Counted from the whole stretch's first letter, positions 50,192 through 62,849 are shown. The stretch is DNA of 63,311 nt, filler included, from Octopus bimaculoides (GCF_001194135.2; 7 parts of 6 records of this genome joined end to end with filler, not necessarily neighbours in it), one strand, 5' to 3'. Notes: generated from the letters alone by a model not told the origin. Made by a program: numbers and translations.

Positions 50192-51239
50192 AGGCAGATG
50201 CTACACAAAGAAATATATTGTCATGTTTTATTTAAATACAATGAGCAATTAAATGATAACAATAATAATAAATTTAAACCAGTTATTATCTGATAGAACA
50301 TGACTTGTACGCAGTTTATATCCGATGGCATTACACCTATGTTACAAAAAAAAAGACCTTTCTTCAATTTCTTAGGCAAAATAAGACAATGGAACAAATA
50401 ATCTAAGCCAGTCTTTGGGTTGACAATACATGACATGGACGGATTGAAAACGCTTTACATAGTATCGTAGCATAATATGTATATTCAGCATTTTTAATGT
50501 TGATGACCAAGATGAATATCCCAGCCGACACTACCGAGGCCAGAATTCGTTCTTGTAGTTACACATAGAATCAATGAGGTCTTCCTCGAGGTGTGACATT
50601 TTTCTATGACCCTTTTTCTTGAGACATTTTCCCTTGTCTCAATAGTTACCCACGTGGGAGTGTGTATGCTTTTTCAGAAAGTTTATATTAATAACATATA
50701 CTGATTATGCTCGTATCAACGTTTGTGCCTGTGAAGGATTTTAAAGTACGGGTACATATATATATATATATACAGTATAGTATATATATATANNNNNNNN
50801 NNNNNNNNNNNNNNNNNNNNNNNNNNNNNNNNNNNNTTAATTAATTAANNNNNNNNNNNNNNNNNNNNNNNNNNNNNNNNNNNNNNNNNNNNCACATGAT
50901 TTTTCTCGTCTGGCCGTAAAGCCTTTCTTGTTTGTTTTCCTGTCTTGCTTTTTGTCCGCCACTACATTCCTCCATGGCAAGATTTAATTTGCGTATACAA
51001 ATTTAATCTGCGGTCCATGGGATGAGCCGTTTTAACGATGCGTCCTGCCCAAGCTCTTCGAAACGCCGGTGTCAAAACGTGGGTAGCTGATGAAGTAGAA
51101 TGTTCTCTATGTGGCTTGTGTGTTTTCTCGTCTACGTTTTGTTTGCAATATCCTGTACCCAGATATGAGGCTATACATACAGGTTGATGTCGGTATGCAC
51201 ATACCTGTACGTATATATGCATATACTCATTTACTATTT

Positions 51240-51294
<55 letters not shown>

Positions 51295-51302
51295 TACATA
51301 TA

Positions 51303-51428
51303 TACGGCGGTCTTCTTCCAGCCCGAAACTATAGTAGAAAAAGCTTACTCAAGGTGCCACGCAGCAGTACTGAACCCGGAACCTTGCAGCTGGAAAGCAA
51401 ACTTCTTACTACACACCCACTCCTGCCC
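51303..51428 (-). mobile_element. SINE family A 5' part, diverged
   Basis: caaggtgccacgcagcagtactgaacccggaacc...cttactacacacccactcctgccc. Confidence 0.8.
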
Positions 51429-51479
51429 CTATTGCAGATAAATTCTAACAACAGAATCTTATTTGGACCCTGAAGTGTC

Positions 51480-52400
51480 ATATGGATAGCAATTGAGAAG
51501 ACGTAGGTGCAAAGATGCAGTGAGGGCAAAACTCTGAAATAATTAAGTATGACAAGGTAAAGACATTTTGGAAAGAAATGGTTCGATGTGATCGTGAAAT
51601 TGAATATCGAAAGCCGGATATAATGATTGTGAATAAAGAGGAGAAAACCCGTTTAATCATAGATATTGCATTCTCTGGTGATGAGAGAGTATTGAAAAGG
51701 GAAGAAGAGAAGTGGGTCTGATATGAATATATGAAATGGGAGATGAAAAGGGATGTGGTCGTTGAAGAAGGTAAACGTCGAACCTGAAGTTGTTGTTGTT
51801 GTTGTTGTTCATGTTGTTGTTGGCGTATTGGGAGCTATAAGTACGTGGTTTTACAAACAAGATTGAAAAGATAGGAGCGAACGTGAAAATACAGCATCGA
51901 CAGAAAGTTGTGTTGTTTCGAAAGATACGATTCCTTCGCAGAGTTCTTAAAATCTGAATGAACATTTTGACATTTCCGAGCGAGTTATAAACAGTAGCTG
52001 CACGACATCGTGAAGTATATTTGCCACCTAAATGTGGCCAACCCTTAAGGGTTGATGCTACTGTAGTTTGTAGCCCCAGGAAGACATCTCCTCTTGCTGG
52101 CTATTGACACACTTTCTGTGCCCTATCAGTATTTGCAAAGGGAAGTCAATTCCCCAAAACTCGGGTCCGTGTGTATCACGTCAGGCTGTAGATGGGAACG
52201 ATTACTTCCCTTTGCAAATACTGATAGGGCACAGAAAGTGTGTCAATAGCCAGCTGGATGAGATGTCTTCCTGGGGATACAAGCTACAGTAGCATTCACC
52301 CTTAAGGGTTAGCCACATTTAAGTAGGAAATATACTTCACGAAGTTTTACATTTGTCCACTGGTTGTGGACAGATGCTGCTTTGATACATGCACCAATAC
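51480..52400 (+). mobile_element. Dong/R4-like LINE 3' fragment (REL domain, 3' UTR interrupted by a fold-back element, (CAA/TAA)n tail)
   Basis: KVKTFWKEMVRCDREIEYRKPDIMIVNKEEKTRLIIDIAFSGD...VVGVLGAI...IEKIGANVKIQHRQK...LRRVLKI* (stop 51955-57); UTR motif ggttgtggacag at 52362 resembles ggctgtggacag at 11293. Confidence 0.8.
52008..52342. mobile_element. Fold-back/MITE-like element with ~143-bp inverted arms
   Basis: 52008-52150 is the reverse complement of 52201-52342 with scattered mismatches; ~50-bp loop; each arm contains the palindrome acccttaagggt. Confidence 0.85.
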
Positions 52401-52401
52401 A

Positions 52402-52430
52402 ATAACAACAACAACAACAACAACAACAAC

Positions 52431-52509
<79 letters not shown>

Positions 52510-52536
52510 CTAATAATAATAATAATAATAATAATG

Positions 52537-52609
<73 letters not shown>

Positions 52610-53570
52610 TGATGATGATNNNNNNNNNNNNNNNNNNNNNNNNNNNNNNNNNNNNNNNNNNNNNNNNNNNNNNNNNNNNNNNNNNNNNNNNNNNNNNNNN
52701 NNNNNNNNNNNNNNNNNNNNNNNNNNNNNNNNNNNNNNNNNNNNNNNNNNNNNNNNNNNNNNNNNNNNNNNNNNNNNNNNNNNNNNNNNNNNNNNNNNNN
52801 NNNNNNNNNNNNNNNNNNNNNNNNNNNNNNNNNNNNNNNNNNNNNNNNNNNNNNNNNNNNNNNNNNNNNNNNNNNNNNNNNNNNNNNNNNNNNNNNNNNN
52901 NNNNNNNNNNNNNNNNNNNNNNNNNNNNNNNNNNNNNNNNNNNNNNNNNNNNNNNNNNNNNNNNNNNNNNNNNNNNNNNNNNNNNNNNNNNNNNNNNNNN
53001 NNNNNNNNNNNNNNNNNNNNNNNNNNNNNNNNNNNNNNNNNNNNNNNNNNNNNNNNNNNNNNNNNNNNNNNNNNNNNNNNNNNNNNNNNNNNNNNNNNNN
53101 NNNNNNNNNNNNNNNNNNNNNNNNNNNNNNNNNNNNNNNNNNNNNNNNNNNNNNNNNNNNNNNNNNNNNNNNNNNNNNNNNNNNNNNNNNNNNNNNNNNN
53201 NNNNNNNNNNNNNNNNNNNNNNNNNNNNNNNNNNNNNNNNNNNNNNNNNNNNNNNNNNNNNNNNNNNNNNNNNNNNNNNNNNNNNNNNNNNNNNNNNNNN
53301 NNNNNNNNNNNNNNNNNNNNNNNNNNNNNNNNNNNNNNNNNNNNNNNNNNNNNNNNNNNNNNNNNNNNNNNNNNNNNNNNNNNNNNNNNNNNNNNNNNNN
53401 NNNNNNNNNNNNNNNNNNNNNNNNNNNNNNNNNNNNNNNNNNNNNNNNNNNNNNNNNNNNNNNNNNNNNNNNNNNNNNNNNNNNGAAGAAGAAGAAGAAG
53501 AAGAAGAAGAAGAAGAAGAAGAAGAAGAAGAAGAAGAAGAAGAAGAAGAAGAAGAAGAAGAAGGAGAATC

Positions 53571-53616
<46 letters not shown>

Positions 53617-53621
53617 CGATG

Positions 53622-53686
<65 letters not shown>

Positions 53687-53942
53687 CATTTCTACTTAAA
53701 AGCAGAAGACTTGAAATTTTGGCGGCGGATAATAATGGATTATATGGACCTCAGTACACGACCGATGCTTAATTTATCGACCCCCGAAAGGATGGAAAGC
53801 AAAGACAACCTCGGCAGAATTTGAACTCAGAATGTAGCGACGGACGAAATGCCACTAAGCGTTGTTTCTGTCCGGCGTGCTAACGACTCTGCCCGCTCGC
53901 CGCCTTAACAATAGCAGCAGCAACAACAACAACAACAACAAC

Positions 53943-54028
<86 letters not shown>

Positions 54029-54096
54029 TAATAATAATAATAATAATAATGATAATAATAACAATAATAATAATAATAATAATAATAATGATAGTA

Positions 54097-54130
<34 letters not shown>

Positions 54131-54156
54131 TGATAATAATAACAATAATAATAATA

Positions 54157-54219
<63 letters not shown>

Positions 54220-54257
54220 GTGATGATAATGATAATAATAATAATATTAATAATATT
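52402..54257. repeat. Compound triplet array (CAA/TAA/GAT/GAA)n with a gap and an embedded SINE-B
   Basis: Direct reading. Confidence 0.9.
53689..53904 (-). mobile_element. SINE family B inserted in the triplet array
   Basis: Minus: ggcggcgagcgggcagagtcgttagcacgcc...gagttcaaattctgccgaggttgtctttgc...gtcgataaattaag. Confidence 0.85.
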
Positions 54258-54359
54258 NNNNNNNNNNNNNNNNNNNNNNNNNNNNNNNNNNNNNNNNNNN
54301 NTTAATTAATTAANNNNNNNNNNNNNNNNNNNNNNNNNNNNNNNNNNNNNNNNNNNNAT

Positions 54360-54405
<46 letters not shown>

Positions 54406-54437
54406 ATACATACATATATATATATATACACACATAC

Positions 54438-54492
<55 letters not shown>

Positions 54493-54828
54493 TTTGAATA
54501 AGGAATCACCAGAGAACCTTGGAAATCAATATCAACATGAACTACGAATAATACAAATGCACACACACACGCACATATACATACACACACACACACATAT
54601 ACATAAACGTATATATATATATACAATTATATGTGTAGGCGGAGAAGGATGTGTGTGTGCATGTGTTTGTATATGTGTTTGTGTGTTTTAATATTTATAT
54701 ACTCAGCTACTGAGCGCTATGTGTGCATTTTAGAGAAGTGTATTGCGTGAGAAGGAAGAGGGTGGGAGAAAGAGAGGGTGAGGAAAAGTGTATTAGAGTG
54801 AAAAGAGAGAGAGAGAATACAGAGGAAG

Positions 54829-54863
<35 letters not shown>

Positions 54864-55664
54864 GTAGTATATCGTGCAGTTACTGTTAATACTTCATTTA
54901 GAGAATTAACATATATATATANNNNNNNNNNNNNNNNNNNNNNNNNNNNNNNNNNNNNNNNNNNNNNNNNNNNNNNNNNNNNNNNNNNNNNNNNNNNNNN
55001 NNNNNNNNNNNNNNNNNNNNNNNNNNNNNNNNNNNNNNNNNNNNNNNNNNNNNNNNNNNNNNNNNNNNNNNNNNNNNNNNNNNNNNNNNNNNNNNNNNNN
55101 NNNNNNNNAGAAGAGAGAGAAGAGAGAGAAGAGAGAGACAGACAGACAGACAGAGACAGACAGGCAGACAGACAGGCAGACAGACAGGCAGACAGGCAGA
55201 CAGACAGAAAAGTGAAAGAGACAGAGAAAGACAGTGCGAGGGAAAGATAGAGAAAGAAAGGGAGAGAGATAGAGAAAGAAAGGGAGAGAGATAGAGAAAG
55301 AAAGACAGGAAGAGAGAGAGAGAGAGACATACAGAAAGAGAGAACGACAGAGGTAGAGAGAGATAGAGAGAATGAGATAGAGAGACCGACAGTTGGTCTG
55401 ACAAAGAGACCCACAGACAAACAGACAGACAGACTATGAGACAAAGGTAAAGCAATCAAGATGGCTTCGTATTGCTGGAGTGAAAGAATAAAAAAACAAG
55501 ATGGCTTCCGTTTTGAATAGATGCGAATTTATAAGTCTTCAGTGTGGGCATTTGTGTAATTTTATATGTATGTATGAATTTCTGTTTGGATGTTCGTGTA
55601 TGTTTAAGAGAATTTCAGAATACGTGCTTATGTATTTACATGGATACATTCAAATACATTCTAT

Positions 55665-56022
55665 TCGTTTATTTGTTTCAGTCATTTGACTGCGGCCATG
55701 CAGGAGCACCGCCTTTAGTCGAACAAATCAACCCCAAGACTTATTCTTTGTAAGCCTTTTGACGAACCGCTAAGTTACAGAGACGCAAACACACCAGCAT
55801 CGGTTGTCAAGCTATGTCGGGGGGACAAACACAGACAGATAAACATACGCACACACACACAGATACACATATATATACGACGGGCTTCTTTCAGTTTCCG
55901 TCTAACAATTTCACTCACGAGTCTTTGGTCGACCCGAGGCTTTAGGAGAAGACATTTTCCCAAGGCCCCACATTGTGTGACTGAACACGGTAGAATACGG
56001 TTGGGCAGTAAGCTCCTTACCA
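55665..56022 (-). mobile_element. SINE family A
   Basis: ttgtttcagtcatttgactgcggccatgc...tttcagtttccgtc...ctccttaccacac. Confidence 0.85.
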
Positions 56023-56091
56023 CACATACATACATACATACATACATACATGTGTGTGTGTGTGCATGTATGTATGTATGTCTAAACCAAC

Positions 56092-56408
56092 GGGCTCTCC
56101 GTTGGTTGAGTCGATGAGGATTCCAGTTCAGTCGCTCACTGGAACACCCAGCTCGTGAAATTAACGTGGCTGAGCACTCCACAGACACGTGTACCCTTAA
56201 CGTAGTTTTCGGGTAGATTCAGTGTGACACAGAGTGTGACAAGACTGGCTCCCTTTGAATTACAGGTACAACTCATTTTTGCCAGCGGAGTGGACGGGAG
56301 TGATGCGAAATAAAGAGTCTTGCTTAAGGACAGAACGCGTCCCCGGAATCGAAATCATGACCCTACTCTTGTGAACCGAATATCTTCATCAGTAAGCTAT
56401 GCACCTTC
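56092..56408 (-). mobile_element. SINE family C
   Basis: gctgagcactccacagacacgtgtacccttaacgtag...gagtcttgcttaaggac...ggaatcgaaatc. Confidence 0.85.
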
Positions 56409-56714
56409 ACACACACANNNNNNNNNNNNNNNNNNNNNNNNNNNNNNNNNNNNNNNNNNNNTTAATTAATTAANNNNNNNNNNNNNNNNNNNNNNNNNNN
56501 NNNNNNNNNNNNNNNNNATATATATATATGTATGTATGTATGTGTGTGTGTGTATATATACAGATCATACTCACACACTCACACATATACACAGAAACAT
56601 ATATATATATGCATATATGTATGTGTGTGTGTATGTGTGAGTGTGAAAGAATGATCTGTATACACACACACACACCCACACGCACATATATCCATCTGCC
56701 TCTCTCCCCCTAAC

Positions 56715-56768
<54 letters not shown>

Positions 56769-58286
56769 AATTTGATCTTTTGGACTAAAAGATTCCTCCC
56801 CGCTTTTTCAAACTCACACACACAGACACACACACACGCACACACACACATACACACACATATAATACATAGTTTCTCTCAGTCTATTTTTTTCCCCACT
56901 CCCTCTTACTCAAACTCTTCACAAGAGTGTATGTGTGCGCGCATGCGTATGGTCTCACCTCACTACTCGCTTTAACGCATCACACAATACATCTATTTAT
57001 CTTCTTGCTTCATTTGACATGTCACTACCTCTAATTAGCCCCACTTTGATTGACTGACAAAGAGATGAAATGACGGAATGATCAACTTCTATCTTCCCCT
57101 GAGGATGAGATTGGGGGGTGGTGGAGAATGAAACCATGTAATGGTGGCAGCAGTTCAGGTGGTGGTGATGGTGGGAACGGTAGAATTGATACTGGCAGCC
57201 AGTGTGTCAGCCGATTTGGAAATTAACGTTACTTTCAGTAATAATGGTGCTAGAATCTTTGTGTTATTTGTGTGTATATATATATATATATATACTCATA
57301 TATTGTTTGTATCACGACAGAACGCACGCGTTACCTTTATACAGTAAGTTTTAACTATTTTTCTAACGCGACTCTCTCTATTTCTATCTCCTCCTCTCAT
57401 TCTTCCCTCTACTGTTCTTCGCCTCTACCTGTCACTACTTCTCTCTCTCTCTCTATCTCTTGTTACTCGTCCTTCGCCTCTCACCGTTACTACTACTATN
57501 NNNNNNNNNNNNNNNNNNNNNNNNNNNNNNNNNNNNNNNNNNNNNNNNNNNNNNNNNNNNNNNNNNNNNNNNNNNNNNNNNNNNNNNNNNNNNNNNNNNN
57601 NNNNNNNNNNNNNNNNNNNNNNNNNNNNNNNNNNNNNNNNNNNNNNNNNNNNNNNNNNNNNNNNNNNNNNNNNNNNNNNNNNNNNNNNNNNNNNNNNNNN
57701 NNNNNNNNNNNNNNNNNNNNNNNNNNNNNNNNNNNNNNNNNNNNNNNNNNNNNNNNNNNNNNNNNNNNNNNNNNNNNNNNNNNNNNNNNNNNNNNNNNNN
57801 NNNNNNNNNNNNNNNNNNNNNNNNNNNNNNNNNNNNNNNNNNNNNNNNNNNNNNNNNNNNNNNNNNNNNNNNNNNNNNNNNNNNNNNNNNNNNNNNNNNN
57901 NNNNNNNNNNNNNNNNNNNNNNNNNNNNNNNNNNNNNNNNNNNNNNNNNNNNNNNNNNNNNNNNNNNNNNNNNNNNNNNNNNNNNNNNNNNNNNNNNNNN
58001 NNNNNNNNNNNNNNNNNNNNNNNNNNNNNNNNNNNNNNNNNNNNNNNNNNNNNNNNNNNNNNNNNNNNNNNNNNNNNNNNNNNNNNNNNNNNNNNNNNNN
58101 NNNNNNNNNNNNNNNNNNNNNNNNNNNNNNNNNNNNNNNNNNNNNNNNNNNNNNNNNNNNNNNNNNNNNNNNNNNNNNNNNNNNNNNNNNNNNNNATATA
58201 TAGGTGTTGTGTGTGTGTGACATTATTTGTGTTTCTTGCTCCCTACCGCTGCTTAACAACCAGTTGTAGTATATTTACTTCCCCGC

Positions 58287-58375
58287 AACAACAAACAAGA
58301 TGAGGACAAATATCCGTCAAATGTAAATAATGTAAATAACGTACATAATTCCTCATCCCTTAAATATAGAACTGT
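58287..58375 (+). mobile_element. Isolated 3' tail of the hammerhead-SINE (post-ribozyme part only)
   Basis: aacaacaaacaagatgaggacaaatatccgtcaaatgtaaataatgtaaataacgta is near-identical to 15101-15160. Confidence 0.75.
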
Positions 58376-58419
58376 ATTAAAATAACACGTGTATCATCCT
58401 TATATGTTATAATTTTTCA

Positions 58420-58720
58420 CAAGAACAAGAGGAAAACGGAGAAATGGTACACAAATACAAATGCAAATTACAAGACATTAACAACAGGTGTCTTTCGACT
58501 AAGGACGAATTAAATTAAGCTGGTGTATGTGGAAGTGAAGCCTTACGACAGGGACATAAGAGGTGACAGGTATGGCGAGGAATATAGATGTTACACGCAT
58601 GGTAGTCGAACCAAGAAAGAAAGGTCAGGCGTGTCCGAACACCGGACACGTGGAGAGAGAGAGGAGAAAAGTAGGGGCAGAGGGATAGAAGAAATAGGGA
58701 GGGACGAGAAAAAAAAAGAA
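58420..58720 (-). mobile_element. Possible Penelope-like 3' UTR fragment
   Basis: aagaggaaaacggagaaatggtac resembles the reverse complement of the pre-hammerhead part of 23075-23105; no intact hammerhead. Confidence 0.3.
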
Positions 58721-58877
58721 AGAAAAAGGACAGAGTGAAGTGAAAGAGGAAGGAAGGTGAGAATGAAGAGAAAGCCAGGAAATGTGAGAGAGGGGAACGA
58801 AAGAAAGAAGAGTGGAAAGAACGAAGTGTGAAGGGGCTGATAGAAAGAAAGAAAGAACGAAACGTATGTGTGTGTGT

Positions 58878-58929
<52 letters not shown>

Positions 58930-59313
58930 CTATCCTCTCTAGTGATATGAGCAAGAGTGCATTCTACACCGAAAGCCAAAATGAGAATTTCTCTCATGGT
59001 ATCTACTACAGTATAGTTTGTTCTAACAGAACATCCAGGTTTAAGTGGTGATACACACACTCAAACACTTATGCACACACACCTATGTGTATATACATGA
59101 TACACGCATACATAAATACGTATATTCTTTTACTTGTTTCAGTAAATTGACTGCGGCCATCCTGGAGCACGCCTTTAGTCGAACAAATCGATCCCAGGAC
59201 TTCTTCTTTGTAAGCCTAGTACTTATTCTATCGTTGTCAATATCACCATCACCACCACCACCATCATCATCCTCATCAGCATATCAGCATCACAAACGCT
59301 GCCNNNNNNNNNN

Positions 59314-59357
<44 letters not shown>

Positions 59358-59537
59358 CACATACCAACAAAGTCGAAGGAGGCCACGATGACATCAACAA
59401 CAGCAAAAAAAACATCCTCATCATCATTCTCATCATCATCATCAACAACGGTAACAACAACAACTTGTGAAATTGTTAAAAAAAGTAATCTTGTGAAAAA
59501 TCGTAAACAAATTTATTAGTGACGTGAAAATCCTCTC

Positions 59538-59572
<35 letters not shown>

Positions 59573-59944
59573 CGCACATCGAATTATTTACTTTTTCATG
59601 AGTGTCGTCTGCAACAAATTGTGGTGTTTTATAATAGTTATAATATATATTGACACCCGAAACGTTTTCCAAAACCAATCTCTCTGCAAACAGCACACCT
59701 CCAACGTCAGCCACCTAATGCATCTGTCAATTACAATCTCATGTATATCTTGTTGTCTGATTCTCGTCTGAAAACTTGCATTTCTGCGTCTTGCATTAAA
59801 TGTTATTTCTCCGCCATTTTTGTTTACTTGAATTCACTGACACGACATGCTGGAAATAACAGTCAAATTTTCATCGAAGAAATCAATCTAGTGTTGAAAA
59901 TAAACGACACGATTACTCAATTTTGGCATAGGATGAAGGCCGTC

Positions 59945-60590
59945 AGCTGGAAGAAACGTTAGCACGTCGGGCGAAATGCTTAGCGGTATGTCGTCTGTCT
60001 TTACGTTCTGAGTTCAAATTCCGCCGAGGTCGTCATTGTCTTTCATCCTTTCGGGGTCGATAAATTAAGTACCAGTTGCATACTGGGGTCGATGTCGTCG
60101 AGTGACCCTCTCTCCCAAAATTTCGGGCCTTGTGCCTAGAGTAGAAAAGAATCTTGGAATATTAAACGCGGCGAGCTGGCAGAATCGTTAGCACGCCAGG
60201 TGAAAATCTTAGCGGTATTTCGTCTGCCGTTACGTTCTGAGTTCAAATTCCGCCGAGGTCGACTTTGCCTTTCATCCTTTCGGGGTCGATAAAGTAAGTA
60301 CCAGTTACGCACAAGGGTCGATGTAATCGACTTAATCCCTTTGTCTGTTTTTGTTTGTCGCCTCTATGTTTAGCCCCTTGTGGGCAATAAAGGAATAAGA
60401 AACGTTAGCACGCCGGGCGAAATGCTTAGCGGTATTCCGTCTGTCTTTACATTCTCAGTTCAAATTCCACCGAGGTCGACTTTGCTTTTCATCCTTTCGG
60501 GGTCGGTAAATTAAGTACCAGTTACGTACTGGGGTCGATCTAATGGACTGGCTCCCACCCGACCCCCAAAATTTCAGGCTTTGTACAAAG
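59945..60590 (+). mobile_element. SINE family B trimer (short-tail, long-tail, short-tail units)
   Basis: Three heads gaa[a/t]cgttagcacg at about 59951, 60181 and 60399; the unit 2/3 junction gggcaataaaggaataagaaacgttagc matches the dimer junction near 21350-21375. Confidence 0.9.
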
Positions 60591-60673
60591 AATGTTGGCA
60601 CAGGATGAGAAGGCCTTTCATTACAGTCTGTTTCTTGAGAGTTAACCTCGGGTTGCAATATTCATCGCATATA

Positions 60674-60898
60674 CACAGGTGACCAAAAGTCACCTGACAG
60701 TAAATCAAAACCATTTAGATTTATTTGTTTAACAATTGAATGAATTTAATTAATGCATCGAAATATGAAACATCACGAAGAGTGTTGAAACTGAACTCCT
60801 CCTTGAGCGACTCCATTTTCACAAATGAATAAACAAAATTGAATATTAAGTATTTATAGAGTTTTGATTTACTATCGGGTGACTTTTGGCCAACTCTG
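60674..60898. mobile_element. Tc1/mariner-type MITE with TA target duplication
   Basis: TA|cacaggtgaccaaaagtcacctgacagtaaatcaaaa ... ttttgatttactatcgggtgacttttggccaactctg|TA; a third TIR copy lies at 61277-61309. Confidence 0.7.
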
Positions 60899-61080
60899 TA
60901 TTACTTACGTATCTATCTATCTGTCTATCTATCTATCTGTTTGTCTGCTGTCTGCCTGTCCCCTCTCTCTTTCTCTTTCTTTCGCTCTCTTTCTCTCTCT
61001 TTCTCTCTCTTTCTTTCTCTCTCTCTTTAACTATCTATCTATTTGTTTGTCTGTCTGTCTGTCCGTCTTTCTTTCTTTTT

Positions 61081-61115
<35 letters not shown>

Positions 61116-61907
61116 CTCTTTCTCTCTCCCTATTTCTCTCTCTCACTTTCTCTCTCTCTTCCTCTCTGCCTCTTTCTCTCTTTCTTTCTCACTTTCTCTG
61201 TCTATCTATCCAACCACCCATCCATCCATATAGATATCTATCTTCTAGGTTGTCTGTTTGCCTGTCTAGGTTGTCTGTTGGCCAAAAGTCACCCGATAGT
61301 AAATCAAAAGGTGAAACGAGAAAATATCCTCCATAAGACAATCATCAAAGTTTAAATCATATAAATATATTGTAGACATGATGCTTGAGAGACTGAGGAA
61401 GGGTCTAGTCGATTCCATCAACCTCAGTATTTAAGTAGCGCTTATTCTATTGGCGCCGAAATGCGAGGAATTTGAACCTAGAGTGAAAGCAGTCGCAAGA
61501 GCCTCACGTACACACTGATACATAGACACGTTCGAGTTCACTAAAATGGCTGCCATATAAAGGCAACATCTGCTAAGCACATCCTAGATTTTCGCCACTC
61601 AATACCACACATCTCCTGCAAACACGATGAACCTTCCACATAAGTTGTCTATGTTATTCCTGCATATTCCCATGTACACACACTTTCACATACATTCGTA
61701 TACGCAAACATACACATGCACATATAATATGCATAGAGGTAATGATGGCGTATATATCAAAGTGTCGTTACTGATTACCGTCTTTACACATACATGTTAT
61801 ATAAACCAGATACAATGACAGACATATTTTTAATTATTTAATTTAACTAATCTATTTATTTATCCTTCTGGCGTTCATTCACATGTGTTGAGATTTATAG
61901 AGATGTG

Positions 61908-61946
<39 letters not shown>

Positions 61947-62454
61947 NNNNNNNNNNNNNNNNNNNNNNNNNNNNNNNNNNNNNNNNNNNNNNNNNNNNNN
62001 NNNNNNNNNNNNNNNNNNNNNNNNNNNNNNNNNNNNNNNNNNNNNNNNNNNNNNNNNNNNNNNNNNNNNNNNNNNNNNNNNNNNNNNNNNNNNNNNNNNN
62101 NNNNNNNNNNNNNNNNNNNNNNNNNNNNNNNNNNNNNNNNNNNNNNNNNNNNNNNNNNNNNNNNNNNNNNNNNNNNNNNNNNNNNNNNNNNNNNNNNNNN
62201 NNNNNNNNNNNNNNNNNNNNNNNNNNNNNNNNNNNNNNNNNNNNNNNNNNNNNNNNNNNNNNNNNNNNNNNNNNNNNNNNNNNNNNNNNNNNNNNNNNNN
62301 NNNNNNNNNNNNNNNNNNNNNNNNNNNNNNNNNNNNNNNNNNNNNNNNNNNNNNNNNNNNNNNNNNNNNNNNNNNNNNNNNNNNNNNNNNNNNNNNNNNN
62401 NNNNNNNNNNNNNNNNNNNNNNNNNNNNNNNNNNNNNNNNNNNNNNNNNNNNNN

Positions 62455-62835
62455 TATATATAAGTAACAAGTTAAATATAATGGTAATTATATATAATTC
62501 ATTTATTGAAGCAAATTTGGCTTACAGCTGTTTCCAGTAATTATTATAGGCACATTACTTATAGGTTTACTCAACCGGTTTATTGATTAATTGAGGTAAA
62601 TTGAACGACCTACGAAAATTAATGCTAGTTTCCTCTGAGCCATTTCTGGAAATGACTTTGACGAAAGTAGCATTAACTTTTTTTTAGGTCGGTCAATTTG
62701 TCTCAATTAATCAATAGGCCAATTAAGTAAAGTATTAGTAGTGTACTTATAATGACTATTGGAAACAGCTGTAAGCCAAACTTGCTCCTGTAATGGAATT
62801 GTATGTAATGACCTTATCTTATTTCTTATATATCA
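62455..62835. mobile_element. Fold-back/MITE-like element with long imperfect inverted arms
   Basis: gcaaatttggcttacagctgtttcca...ttaatgctagtttc (62511-62632) vs gaaagtagcattaa...tggaaacagctgtaagccaaacttgc (62663-62785); weaker pairing extends outward. Confidence 0.8.
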
Positions 62836-62849
62836 TTCTGTAAAAAACA

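Noticed and set aside
52402-54257. Poly-Asn/Asp/Glu coding region
   Set aside because: Pure compound triplet microsatellite interrupted by a SINE; no splice or start context.
55452-55507. Two caagatggctt YY1-like motifs
   Set aside because: Imperfect short matches amid low-complexity DNA; no other promoter evidence.
61552-61563. ccatataaagg as a CArG box
   Set aside because: Seven A/T between CC and GG, not the canonical six; no supporting context.
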